A DNA stretch of 64,000 nt. Source: Limisphaerales bacterium. Its GTDB lineage: Bacteria > Verrucomicrobiota > Verrucomicrobiia > Limisphaerales > AAA164-E04. Shown piece by piece: positions 39,309-48,770 of this stretch (its first letter is position 1; the number at the start of each line of letters is the position of its first letter). The stretch covers positions 1,583,127 through 1,647,126 of the forward strand of contig OZ241891.1 of assembly GCA_965203425.1 (NCBI GenBank). Reading direction: 5' to 3'. The position numbers were made by a program, and so were the translations under genes. Below the pieces are notes generated by a model, which saw only the letters and a program-made list of their open reading frames with translations, was not told the origin of the DNA and did no database searches.

Positions 39309-39338
39309 TTGACAATGCTGTCGACGATGGTTTTTTAT
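39309..39338 (+). promoter_or_regulatory. sigma70-like promoter of PEP-CTERM paralog 1
   Basis: TTTTTTTGTTTGACAA (T-tract + TTGACA at 39309), shared verbatim with 57828..57841. A weak -10 TTTTAT lies at 39333. Confidence 0.35.
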
Positions 39339-39389
39339 TTTCAACAGTTTGTTCCATTATGTTCTCGACAATTCAAATTATCGCTTGCC

Positions 39390-40264
39390 ATGAAAATACC
39401 TCCCCCCCCCCCCCCCCCCCCGCAGCCGCCAAACGGTTGACCGTCGCCTTGCTTTTGACGGCAACTTTGCTTTCTTTGTCGTCAATTGAACAAAGCCAAG
39501 CGCAGCTGTACATCGACATCTATCCCAGCCAAGACAGCTCCAAAACCCATAGCCTCTGGGTTTTGAGCGGCGAATCCCAAGCCTCCATGTTTTTGAATGA
39601 AGCCGACAGCTACATCCGACACGGCGCCCTCGCCAGCGCACACCAAGCCAACGAACGCGACACCTACGAGCTCGAAGACCTCCTCTACGCCGGCCCCAGA
39701 GGCATCGGCAACTCTCCCCTTGCCTTTGGCTCTCTGTTTTCCTTGACCGCTCTTTCCCCTTCTTCCCTCGACTATGCGGGAGTCACCAACTTTTGGGCGG
39801 CCACCAACACCGTCTCCTCGCTTTCATCCGCGGCGGGAACGCCCACTCTTTCCTTCTCCAACCGAGTCGTCAACGGCGCGGTCACCAACCGAAGCATCAG
39901 CCATATGGCTATGTATGATCAGCCGGGGGGCAATAACTGGCTCGGTGTGCGCGTTGGCGGCGGCAGCAATCTCACCTACGGCACTAATCGTCCAACTGTC
40001 AACTGGGTCGGCGCCGGCTTGATCAACAAACCCATTGGCGACTTTCGCTCCCGCGATCCCTACATCCGCAACAAAGCCAACATCATCGGCTATTTTGGCG
40101 ACAACACCCTTGGCGGTGGACTGCGCATTCGCGTGCATTCGGCGACGGTTCCGGAACCCGAAGAATATGCGCTTGTGTTTGGCTTGTTTGCTCTCGCCTT
40201 TGTGATTTTCCGCCGCTGCTGCCCCAATTTTTTCTGCAGAAAAAGCGGAGTGAAAATGGATTGA
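39390..40264 (+). CDS. PEP-CTERM sorting-domain surface protein, paralog 1 (ATG 39390 out of frame with the body at C20)
   Basis: The body frame (ORF 39263..40264) encodes ...PPPPPPAAAKRLTVALLLTATLLSLSSIEQSQAQL... and ends VPEPEEYALVFGLFALAFVIFRR (PEP-CTERM). ATG-AAA-ATA-CCT-(C)n at 39390 would be in frame with 21 or 18 C. The upstream ATG 39359 is in frame at 20 C. Confidence 0.7.
39402..39421 (+). repeat. homopolymeric C20 tract inside the 5' end of a PEP-CTERM gene
   Basis: Counted directly: t + 9 C, 10 C, 1 C, then g at 39422. Confidence 0.95.
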
Positions 40265-40422
40265 ATGGACGAAACACTCGGCAAACGCATCGAGAAAAAA
40301 AGAGTTGCCTTGGCGAAGGAAAGCCGTTAAAAACTTGCCTTTGCCCGTCGCCGCAGGGAATTTTTTGGCGCGGTTACAGGCCAAGTTAAATGCAGAAACA
40401 ATAAATCGACTAAAGAAAACTT

Positions 40423-41742
40423 ATGCAACCAGAAATAGGACAAGAATTCGCGTTCGTGCTGAACACCTTTTCGTTTCTCCTTTGGGGAGCGCTTGTAATG
40501 TGGATGTGCGCCGGCTTTACCATGCTGGAATCCGGCTCCGTGCGCACCAAAAACGCCTCGATGATCTGCCTCAAGAACATCGGCCTCTATGCCATCGCCG
40601 GCATCGCTTTTTACCTTATCGGCTACAACCTGATGTACGTCGAAGTCGGCCAATTAATCGGCTCGTTTAAATTTCTCTACGGGTCTTCAGGCGACGAGAT
40701 CGCCAGAGTGGGGAGTGAGAGCAACTATTCCACCATGTCCGATTGGTTCTTCCAAATGGTTTTTGTGGCTACTACTGCCTCCATAGTTTCCGGCACGTTG
40801 GCCGAGCGGGTCAAGCTGTGGACCTTCTTTGCCTTCACGGCGATTTTGACGGCCTTTATCTATCCTGTCATCGGCTCTTGGACTTGGGGCGGAGGATGGC
40901 TTAGCGGCGATGAAGGCTGGCTGGCTGGCCTCACCGGAGCGAAGTTCCAGGACTTTGCCGGTTCCACTATCGTTCACAGCACCGGCGGTTGGGCGGCTTT
41001 GGCCGGCGCTCTCATCGTGGGGGCAAGACGAGGCAAGTTTCGGCGCGACGGAAGCGTCAAAATCACCCCGCCTTCCAGTGTTCCCACGGTGACTCTGGGC
41101 GTGTTCATTCTTTGGCTGGGCTGGTTTGGTTTCAATGGCGGCTCTGTGCTGTCTATGTCCAGCGCAGCGGACGCCGTGAACATGGCGAACATCATGGCCA
41201 ACACCAACTTGGCCGCCGCCGCAGGAGTGATTGCCGCTCTTTGCGTATCCCGGCCTCTCTTCGGACGCATTGACCTGATGGTCGGCTTGAACGGCGCTTT
41301 GGCTGGACTGGTCGCCGTCACCGCTGGCCCCACTTTTGTCGATCATTACTGGGCGCTTATCATCGGCGCTATCGGCGGTGTCATCTGTGCCGGCGGCATT
41401 AAGCTGATGGAAAAACTCAAGATTGACGACGTCGTTGGCGCCGTGCCGGTGCATCTTTTTGCAGGCATTTGGGGAACTTTGGCGGTGTGCATCACTGTAG
41501 GCGGCAATTTCGTCACCCAGCTCGTGGGCGTGTTGGCGATTGGCGTCTTTGTGTTTGGCGTCTCGCTTTTGGCGTGGTTTCTCTTAGACAAGCTGATGGG
41601 AGTGCGAGTGTCTCAAAGAGTGGAGGAACTCGGCCAGGACGCGATGGAACTGGGAATTGAAGCGTATCCTGAATTTATGGTGATTCCGGATCCGGACGAA
41701 CACGACGAGGGAGCTCCCGGCACGGAGAAAAAAGGCGGCTAA
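40423..41742 (+). CDS. amtB: ammonium transporter (Amt family)
   Basis: 439 aa. FSFLLWGALVMWMCAGFTMLESGSVRTKN, ...DFAGSTIVHSTGGWAALAGALIVG..., ...VGAVPVHLFAGIWGTLAV. Confidence 0.9.
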   Translation: MQPEIGQEFAFVLNTFSFLLWGALVMWMCAGFTMLESGSVRTKNASMICLKNIGLYAIAGIAFYLIGYNLMYVEVGQLIGSFKFLYGSSGDEIARVGSESNYSTMSDWFFQMVFVATTASIVSGTLAERVKLWTFFAFTAILTAFIYPVIGSWTWGGGWLSGDEGWLAGLTGAKFQDFAGSTIVHSTGGWAALAGALIVGARRGKFRRDGSVKITPPSSVPTVTLGVFILWLGWFGFNGGSVLSMSSAADAVNMANIMANTNLAAAAGVIAALCVSRPLFGRIDLMVGLNGALAGLVAVTAGPTFVDHYWALIIGAIGGVICAGGIKLMEKLKIDDVVGAVPVHLFAGIWGTLAVCITVGGNFVTQLVGVLAIGVFVFGVSLLAWFLLDKLMGVRVSQRVEELGQDAMELGIEAYPEFMVIPDPDEHDEGAPGTEKKGG

Positions 41743-41784
41743 GACTCGCGCAAGAGATTCCGGACGCAAGGTTCGCCGCATCAC

Positions 41785-43998
41785 ATGAATCCTCTCCCGG
41801 ATGAGACAATCTCCATTTTGGAGGGGACGCATCCCCATCCGCATCAGTGGCTGGGAATGCACGCGGCAACAAGGAACGGCGGGCAGGGAATCGTTGTTCG
41901 CGCCTTCCTTCCCGAAGCGGTGAACTGCGGCGTAGTTCACCTCGGCGAAGCGCGAGAACAACGTTGCCCTTTGGAAAAGATCGACGAGCGTGGTTTCTTC
42001 GAGCATTTCTTTGCGGGCAGGCGGAAAGCCTTCCCCTATCGCCTTTGGACGGAACAGACCAACGGCGAGTTCCGCGAATTTTACGATCCCTACTCGTTTT
42101 TGCCGACGCTGAGCGACGACGATCTCTATCTCTTCAACGAAGGCACGGACCGGCAGGTGTTTTACAAACTCGGCGCCCATTGCCAAACCATCAACAATGT
42201 TCCGGGCGTTTCCTTCGCCGTCTGGGCGCCGAATGCGCGGCGCGTATCGGTAACGGGCGATTTTAACAGCTGGAACGGCTTATGTCATCCGATGCGTTCG
42301 ATGGGTTCCTCCGGAGTTTGGGAATTGTTCATTCCCGGCCTGCAAAGAAGGATGTTCTACAAATACGAACTTCTGGACGCAAACGGGCAAATCCGAATTA
42401 AATCGGACCCCTACGGTGCCTGCTTCGAAGCCCCTCCCAACAGCGCCTCCATCATCAACGCCCCGTCCGAATACCAATGGAACGACGAGGAATGGATGGC
42501 GCGCAGAGCCAAAACCAACTGGCTGTCGCAACCCATCTCAATTTACGAAATGCACTTCGGCTCTTGGAAGCGCGTTCCCGAAGAAGGCAACCGCCCCCTC
42601 TCCTACCAAGAAGCCTCCTTCCAGCTGGTAGACTACTTAAAGCAAATGCGCTACACGCACGTGGAATTCATGCCTCTCTCCGAATTCCCTTTTGAAGGTT
42701 CCTGGGGCTACCAAGTCACCGGATTCTTTGCGCCAACCCATCGCTACGGACAGCCCGACGCATTCCGATTTTTAGTCGACACCCTCCACCAAAACGGCTT
42801 TGGCGTTTTCTTAGACTGGGTACCGGCGCACTTTCCCAAAGACGCCTTTGCCTTAGCCGAATTCGACGGCACCCACCTCTACGAACACGCCGACCCCCGC
42901 CAAGGCGAGCACCAAGATTGGGGCACGCTCATCTTCAACTACGGACGCCCCGAAGTGCGCTCCTTTCTCATCGGAAGCGCCCTCTCATGGTGCGAACAAT
43001 TTCACCTCGACGGCCTGCGCGTAGACGCCGTCGCCTCCATGCTTTACTTAGACTACTCCCGGTCGCGCGGCCAATGGGTGCCCAACCAATACGGCGGCCG
43101 AGACAACATCGAAGCCATCAACTTCCTGCGGGCCACCAACGACGCCGTTCACAAAACTTTCCCCGGCGTCTTGATGATTGCCGAAGAATCCACCGCCTGG
43201 AACGGAGTCACCAAACCCACCAGCCAAGGAGGCCTCGGCTTCGACCTCAAATGGAACATGGGATGGATGCACGACACCTTAGAATATTTCAAAAAAGACC
43301 CCATCCACCGGAAATGGCACCAACGCCAACTTACCTTCGGCGCCGTCTACCAACATACCGAACGCTTCAATCTGGCATTCTCCCACGACGAAGTCGTCCA
43401 CGGCAAAGGCTCCATGCTCATCAAAATGGGCGCCCCCACCATCCCCGAAAAAGCCCGACAACTCCGCGCCCTCTATGGTTGGATGTGGGCTTGGCCGGGC
43501 AAAAAAACCCTCTTCATGGGAAACGACTTCGGACAATCCGCCGAATGGGACTACGACCGCAGCCTAGACTGGCACCTCCTACAATACAACGACCATAGCG
43601 GCGTCCAAAGACTCGTCGCCGACCTCAACGCCTTCTACCTTCGCCATCCTGCCCTCGGCTCCTGCGACTTCAACTCAAACACCTTCCAGTGGATCAACCA
43701 CTCCGACCACGAATCCTGCGTGATCAGCTTCCTTCGCCTCGGGCAGAACGCCCGGCACACAGTCCTTGTTGTCAGCAACTTCACCCCAATAGACCGAGAA
43801 CACTACCGATTAGGCGTCCCCCATCCGGGAACATGGCAAGAAACCATCAACACTAGATCCACCCGCTACGAAAGCCAATCGCCACACCCAGCTCAAGAGA
43901 TTGCCTCCCAACCCATCCCTTGGAACGGCCACCCCCAAGCCATTGACCTCGCCCTTCCCGGAATGTCCACCCTCTTCCTCCAACTCAAAAACACTTAA
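41785..43998 (+). CDS. glgB: 1,4-alpha-glucan branching enzyme
   Basis: 737 aa. VSFAVWAPNARRVSVTGDFNSWNG, GH13 motifs DWVPAHF, GLRVDAVASMLY, MIAEESTAW, AFSHDEVVHGK. Confidence 0.95.
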   Translation: MNPLPDETISILEGTHPHPHQWLGMHAATRNGGQGIVVRAFLPEAVNCGVVHLGEAREQRCPLEKIDERGFFEHFFAGRRKAFPYRLWTEQTNGEFREFYDPYSFLPTLSDDDLYLFNEGTDRQVFYKLGAHCQTINNVPGVSFAVWAPNARRVSVTGDFNSWNGLCHPMRSMGSSGVWELFIPGLQRRMFYKYELLDANGQIRIKSDPYGACFEAPPNSASIINAPSEYQWNDEEWMARRAKTNWLSQPISIYEMHFGSWKRVPEEGNRPLSYQEASFQLVDYLKQMRYTHVEFMPLSEFPFEGSWGYQVTGFFAPTHRYGQPDAFRFLVDTLHQNGFGVFLDWVPAHFPKDAFALAEFDGTHLYEHADPRQGEHQDWGTLIFNYGRPEVRSFLIGSALSWCEQFHLDGLRVDAVASMLYLDYSRSRGQWVPNQYGGRDNIEAINFLRATNDAVHKTFPGVLMIAEESTAWNGVTKPTSQGGLGFDLKWNMGWMHDTLEYFKKDPIHRKWHQRQLTFGAVYQHTERFNLAFSHDEVVHGKGSMLIKMGAPTIPEKARQLRALYGWMWAWPGKKTLFMGNDFGQSAEWDYDRSLDWHLLQYNDHSGVQRLVADLNAFYLRHPALGSCDFNSNTFQWINHSDHESCVISFLRLGQNARHTVLVVSNFTPIDREHYRLGVPHPGTWQETINTRSTRYESQSPHPAQEIASQPIPWNGHPQAIDLALPGMSTLFLQLKNT

Positions 43999-44100
43999 CA
44001 TCTTCGCTAGAACTTTCCAGTTTGGAAGACTTGCGGGCATTGAAATTAGAAAAAGGAACCACTTGATAAAATCACAAAACAACGCTTCAATAAGGCAAAA

Positions 44101-44952
44101 ATGAGCCAAGGGAATCCTTACAAAGATTTTACAGACAGACTTCGGATCCTCGCCAGAAAACATCCTGATCTAATCACCACAACGTTAAGCAACATTTTCA
44201 CAATGCGCCTAATCGGAAACAAAACGCATGGAGACCTAGCAGAAATCGCCATGGCCGAATTCATCAATCAATACATGTACGATTTCCGCTCCGTGCATGT
44301 CGGCAAAGACTTGTACAGAGCAAAGTCCAAAGAGGAAGACATCAAAATCATCAACGAAATGACCCAAGTTGCATTTCCCGTCAGCCTGAAGGCCTATGGC
44401 GATGGACCTCTTCAACTTTCAACAGACAAAAACTTCAGAATGTTTCCACGGTTGGAACAGGAAGGCGCCGATATTGTAGGCAGAGAAAACATCGCGCTAT
44501 TGCTTGCCGATTCCGCTTTCTCTGATTTCCGAAGAATAAACGTCTTGCCCTTGATTTATGACGAGAAAGCTCAACGTTGCAACATTCTCGTTTTCGATTA
44601 TCATCGAGCAGAAACTAAAACGGTTAGAATTTCAAGAGAAACAGGCAATCGAGGAAGAAAGCATCCCGTCTATCGATTTTATGATTCCAGCAATGCCTAT
44701 ATTTGCGAAGTGCGCTACGGAAACGCGGCCGCCAACGCTCTCCAACGCGGACTATGGACTCACACGAAGAACGGTCTCAACTATTTTGACAGCATTACCA
44801 ACGGTTGGATTAACTACTCCCATAACCATGTTCTAGTTAAACTCTTCTCTCATGCGCTTGTTTCTTCTGAAATCGGCCATAGGAATGCTCTGGAAAAAAT
44901 CAAAGAAGACATTGTTCGACTCAAACAAAGATCCTATATTCCGCCAATCTAA
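44101..44952 (+). CDS. candidate type II restriction endonuclease (cognate to the downstream methyltransferase)
   Basis: 283 aa, no family recognised. Possible PD-(D/E)xK elements (HGDLAEIAMAEF ... EEDIKIINE ... VSLKAYG). Its stop overlaps the methyltransferase start (TAATG). Both genes are visibly AT-richer than their neighbours. Confidence 0.5.
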   Translation: MSQGNPYKDFTDRLRILARKHPDLITTTLSNIFTMRLIGNKTHGDLAEIAMAEFINQYMYDFRSVHVGKDLYRAKSKEEDIKIINEMTQVAFPVSLKAYGDGPLQLSTDKNFRMFPRLEQEGADIVGRENIALLLADSAFSDFRRINVLPLIYDEKAQRCNILVFDYHRAETKTVRISRETGNRGRKHPVYRFYDSSNAYICEVRYGNAAANALQRGLWTHTKNGLNYFDSITNGWINYSHNHVLVKLFSHALVSSEIGHRNALEKIKEDIVRLKQRSYIPPI

Positions 44953-46094
44953 TGCAAACACAGTCTTTCCTCTTAGATAATGGGATTCCTGATATTCCTT
45001 CGACCGAAGGCATAAAATATACAGGATCTAAGCGCAAGCTGCTCCCCTATATTCTTGTGTTGTCAAAGAAGACAGGCGCGCAAAGTGTTTTTGACGGCTT
45101 TGCCGGATCTACACGAGTCAGCCAAGCGTTTGCTCGCTCGGGATATGGAGTAGTATCCAACGACTTGGCCGAGTATTCCCGTGTTTTGGGCACATGCTAT
45201 CTAAAAAACAGAAAGCATCCGAAAGAATATCAACCGCTCATTGATCATCTCAATTCGCTACCTCCAGAAGACGGCTGGTTTACCAAGCATTACGGCGGCG
45301 AGGTCAATCCCGGCAACAAAGGCAACGCAATTCAAATCGACGGAACCAAGAAACCTTGGCAGAAGAAAAACACACGAAAACTCGACGCTATCCGGAGAGA
45401 AATTGACGCCTTGAAACTAGATAAGATTGCAAAAAGCGTGGCTTTGACAAGTCTGATTTTAGCGCTGGATCAAGTCGACAGCGCACTTGGCCACTTTGCT
45501 TCTTACTTGAAGGATTGGTCTCCCCGATCCTTCAAAGACTTAAAGTTGCAAGTTCCCCGATTGTGGAAGAACCAAACCACAAACACCGTGTTGCGCGGCG
45601 ATGTTTTTCAAGCGCTTTCTAGCATCAAAACCGACTTAGCCTATTATGATCCGCCTTATGGATCCAACAATGATAAAATGCCGCCTTCCAGAGTTCGATA
45701 CGCCTCCTATTATCATTTGTGGACTACTGTTTGTAAAAATGATTACCCGTCCTTGTTTGGCAAAGCCTTCCGTCGGCAAGACTCGTCCGACGAAGTGGCG
45801 TCTTCAATATTTGAGGAATTTCGCAGAAATGACTCTGGGAGATTTATTGCAGCAGAAGCTATTGAACGACTATTGAAAGAAACGCCATGCCCGTGGATTT
45901 TGCTTTCTTATAGTTCGGGAGGCAGAGCGGCGGCTGGGGAACTCAATGAAGTGATAGAAAATTGTGGCAAACTTGTGGAGATTGTGGAGGTGGACTATAA
46001 AAAGAATGTAATGTCATCTATGCGATGGACCCACCAATGGGCGCGAGAACTTGAGGAACCCAACAAAGAATTCCTGTTTCTAATAAGGAAATAG
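44952..46094 (+). CDS. Dam-like (D12 class, alpha-group) N6-adenine DNA methyltransferase
   Basis: IKYTGSKRKLLPYI, SVFDGFAGSTRVS (FxGxG, AdoMet binding) and YYDPPY (DPPY catalytic motif), with motif I before motif IV. Confidence 0.85.
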   Translation: MQTQSFLLDNGIPDIPSTEGIKYTGSKRKLLPYILVLSKKTGAQSVFDGFAGSTRVSQAFARSGYGVVSNDLAEYSRVLGTCYLKNRKHPKEYQPLIDHLNSLPPEDGWFTKHYGGEVNPGNKGNAIQIDGTKKPWQKKNTRKLDAIRREIDALKLDKIAKSVALTSLILALDQVDSALGHFASYLKDWSPRSFKDLKLQVPRLWKNQTTNTVLRGDVFQALSSIKTDLAYYDPPYGSNNDKMPPSRVRYASYYHLWTTVCKNDYPSLFGKAFRRQDSSDEVASSIFEEFRRNDSGRFIAAEAIERLLKETPCPWILLSYSSGGRAAAGELNEVIENCGKLVEIVEVDYKKNVMSSMRWTHQWARELEEPNKEFLFLIRK

Positions 46095-46115
46095 CATACA
46101 AAGGTGGAGGCAAGT

Positions 46116-47369
46116 TCAAGTGAGCGGGTCTTCGGAAACAGAGCGGAGGACTTCTTCCAGGGGAATTTCGCCGGATGCGGCGCGGGTAATGCCGCTTTCC
46201 CAAAGTGTTTTCATGCCCTGTTCTTGGGCAATGGCTTGGAGTTTCCTTGTGCGGAACTTTTCCATTACGGCGTCGCGGATTGGCTCGTTGACGGCCAGCA
46301 TTTCCGTTAGGGCGGTGCGTCCGGCAAAGCCGGTTTCGTTGCAGGTGTCGCAACCGCCGCCTCGACGCCAAGTAGCATCGTCCAGCAGTGTTTTGGAAAC
46401 TCGCTTGAGCAACGCCGGGTCAGGCGGATAAGGCATGGCGCAGAGAGGACAGTTTTTGCGGACGAGTCGCAGTCCAAGAATGCCGATGATGCTGGAGGCG
46501 AGGAGGAAGGGCTCGATGCCCATGTTGATCATGCGGGCGAAGACTCCGGCAGTGCTGCCTGAGTGAATGGTGCTTATGACGAGGTGGCCGGTAAGGCCGG
46601 CTTGGACAGCAATGGCGGCGGTTTCGGGATCGCGAATCTCTCCGATCATGATGACTTGAGGGTCTTGGCGCATGAGGGAGCGAAGCGCGAGAGGATAGGT
46701 GAAGTCCCTCGCGATGTTGATTTGGGACTGGCTGATTTGCGAGAGGTTAAACTCCACCGGGTCTTCTACGGTGCTGATGCTGATGCTGGATCCGTGCTGT
46801 TCTACGAGGTGGCAAAGCGCGGCATAAATGGCGGTGGTTTTGCCGGAACCGGTTGGGCCGGTGAGCAAGAGCATTCCCGTTGGGCGGCTGAGCAGGTCTT
46901 TAAGAACGGTCGAAGTGTCAACCTCGAAACCCAGTTGTTCGATGTCGAAAGCGCGGCTTTTAGGATCAAAGATGCGAATAACAATCTTTTCTCCGCGAGC
47001 GAACGAATGGCCAACGCCTCCGCGAATCACCGGAAAAAACGAAAGCCGAAGCTCCACGCCTCCCTCGCCCGTAGTCGCCCGAGCATGCCCTTCCTGCGGA
47101 CGATCGGTTTCGTAGTGGACCAGATTCGCCATGACTTTCAAACGCGCCGAGATTTTCTCGGCCAGTTCCAGAGGCAAATGCTCAAACTCCCTGAGAACGC
47201 CGTTGAGACGGAAACGGATTATGAGACTTTCCTCCCACGGCTCGACGTGAATGTCGCTCGAATTCGCGTCAATAGCGTCTAAAATAACGCATTCGACTAT
47301 TTGAGCGATATCGATCTCTTCAAGGCTCGGACTTTGTTCGACAATCTGGCGCGTTCGATTCACAATCAA
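46116..47369 (-). CDS. GspE/PilB/PilT-superfamily secretion ATPase, short form without N-terminal domain (orphan)
   Basis: 417 aa. LLLTGPTGSGKTTAIYAAL, DPQVIMIGEIRD, TGHLVISTIHSG, CPLC...CDTC. Confidence 0.85.
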   Translation of the reverse strand: MIVNRTRQIVEQSPSLEEIDIAQIVECVILDAIDANSSDIHVEPWEESLIIRFRLNGVLREFEHLPLELAEKISARLKVMANLVHYETDRPQEGHARATTGEGGVELRLSFFPVIRGGVGHSFARGEKIVIRIFDPKSRAFDIEQLGFEVDTSTVLKDLLSRPTGMLLLTGPTGSGKTTAIYAALCHLVEQHGSSISISTVEDPVEFNLSQISQSQINIARDFTYPLALRSLMRQDPQVIMIGEIRDPETAAIAVQAGLTGHLVISTIHSGSTAGVFARMINMGIEPFLLASSIIGILGLRLVRKNCPLCAMPYPPDPALLKRVSKTLLDDATWRRGGGCDTCNETGFAGRTALTEMLAVNEPIRDAVMEKFRTRKLQAIAQEQGMKTLWESGITRAASGEIPLEEVLRSVSEDPLT

Positions 47370-48515
47370 CTGGTTTCCTTATTTTTGGCACTTATTAGCT
47401 GTTCACTATAGAATGACTTTCACCAATCGTCAAGAATTTTTCAGAAGCCAATGAATTGTAACCAGTGGTCTGTGATCTATTCTGTTAAGTGAAAAGTGAA
47501 AAACAGACTTCTAAAAGAAAATCATTTCTTGAACAGCCAGCGGCCGATTAAACTGCATCCTCAAACCCAAACAAAGTCCAGAAAATCACCAAACCAACGC
47601 TCTCCAATCTACCTCGCAACCACTTGCCCAACCCGCCAACGTTTTCGAAACTTGCTTGAAAATGAGTTTCCCCGATTACCAATAACTCTCCCCAGACAAA
47701 GCGAAAACCACAACACATCAAAAAAAACGCCACTCGCCCAAGCTTTCCAACAAGCCCAAACCCGAAAAACAAAAACTTTCCGAATACTATTATCCGCCCG
47801 CTTCTTCTCGCTAACGCAACGCCTCCTACATCCACTAATCCTCTTCGCCTCCTGCCCCGTCTCCTTCCAATCCGCACAAAGCCAAAGTAGATGTTTACCT
47901 CCAACAATCCTCCCTTGAGAATTCACTATGCATCCTAAATCAATTCAGGTCTAGTAAATAATTTTCAATTCCTGCTTCTGTGAATTCATCAACGCAATAT
48001 TAGTCTAAACTATATCTCTAAAAAAGATTTTCCCGCAAACACCGAGCATCCCTTGAATTCTATTCCAATGCACAAAACTTACTCTTCTATTTGTACCAGC
48101 CATCGCAAGGCCTCTCGCATCCATTTTCACTGATGCGCATGGAATAGGGGATCTCACCTTAGCATGTAACCTGTCGGACAACAGAACTTTTGCATCCGCC
48201 CAAGCTATTCGCCCGAGTCGTTTTCTTCGGGACGATTGGGCGCAAGTTCTGCCGAAGGCAAATTGCTTTCCCTATTCACGGCGTCGCCAAGAATCGGGGA
48301 CGAATCTTCTCTAACTTGCCTTGCGGCCCGCATTTACTCCATTTCTTCTAGCATCGGCAAGCAAATCGTGCCATCTTCATTCACCAACAGCAGAATGGCT
48401 TCCTAATTTGATGCTACGAGCATCCCGTTTAAGGTCTTCACACCCGTTGAGAATCGGATCACCACTTTTTCTTTCTCCCAAAGCGAAAAACTCAAACGAA
48501 CAACGCTAGGCAGTG

Positions 48516-48743
48516 TTGACGAGTTCTTACAATCCTCAATAATTATTCTCTGTCGATGATCGCCGTCATCTCGCCGAAAACGAAGCAGACAAGCTAGATT
48601 CACACGATGCGGAGAAAGAAATGTTGGCAGAGGAGGAAGGATCGGTTGTTTAACGGGCAAAAGTCATTCTACCACATAGGTGCTGTGGAGGGGAAGTTCC
48701 ATCGAACATTCTTGGTGTTTATTTGTATCGTGTTAGATTGAAT
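48516..48743 (+). repeat. copy 2 of the ~230-nt repeated element (candidate small RNA)
   Basis: TTGACG (48516) - 16 nt - AATAAT (48538), then sequence colinear with 22943..23169. It ends 28 nt before the galE stop (convergent). Confidence 0.55.
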
Positions 48744-48770
48744 TATGCTTTGGCAATTTGGGGATGTGGA

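Noticed and set aside
40340-40400. Possible sigma54 promoter (TGGCGC) upstream of amtB.
   Set aside because: The -12 element is missing: TGGCGC-GGTTA-CAGGC, where TTGC(A/T) is expected.
48403-48660. 85-aa minus-strand ORF.
   Set aside because: Two thirds of it is the antisense of repeat copy 2, which is not conserved at the protein level in copy 1. The remainder is interrupted gene debris.
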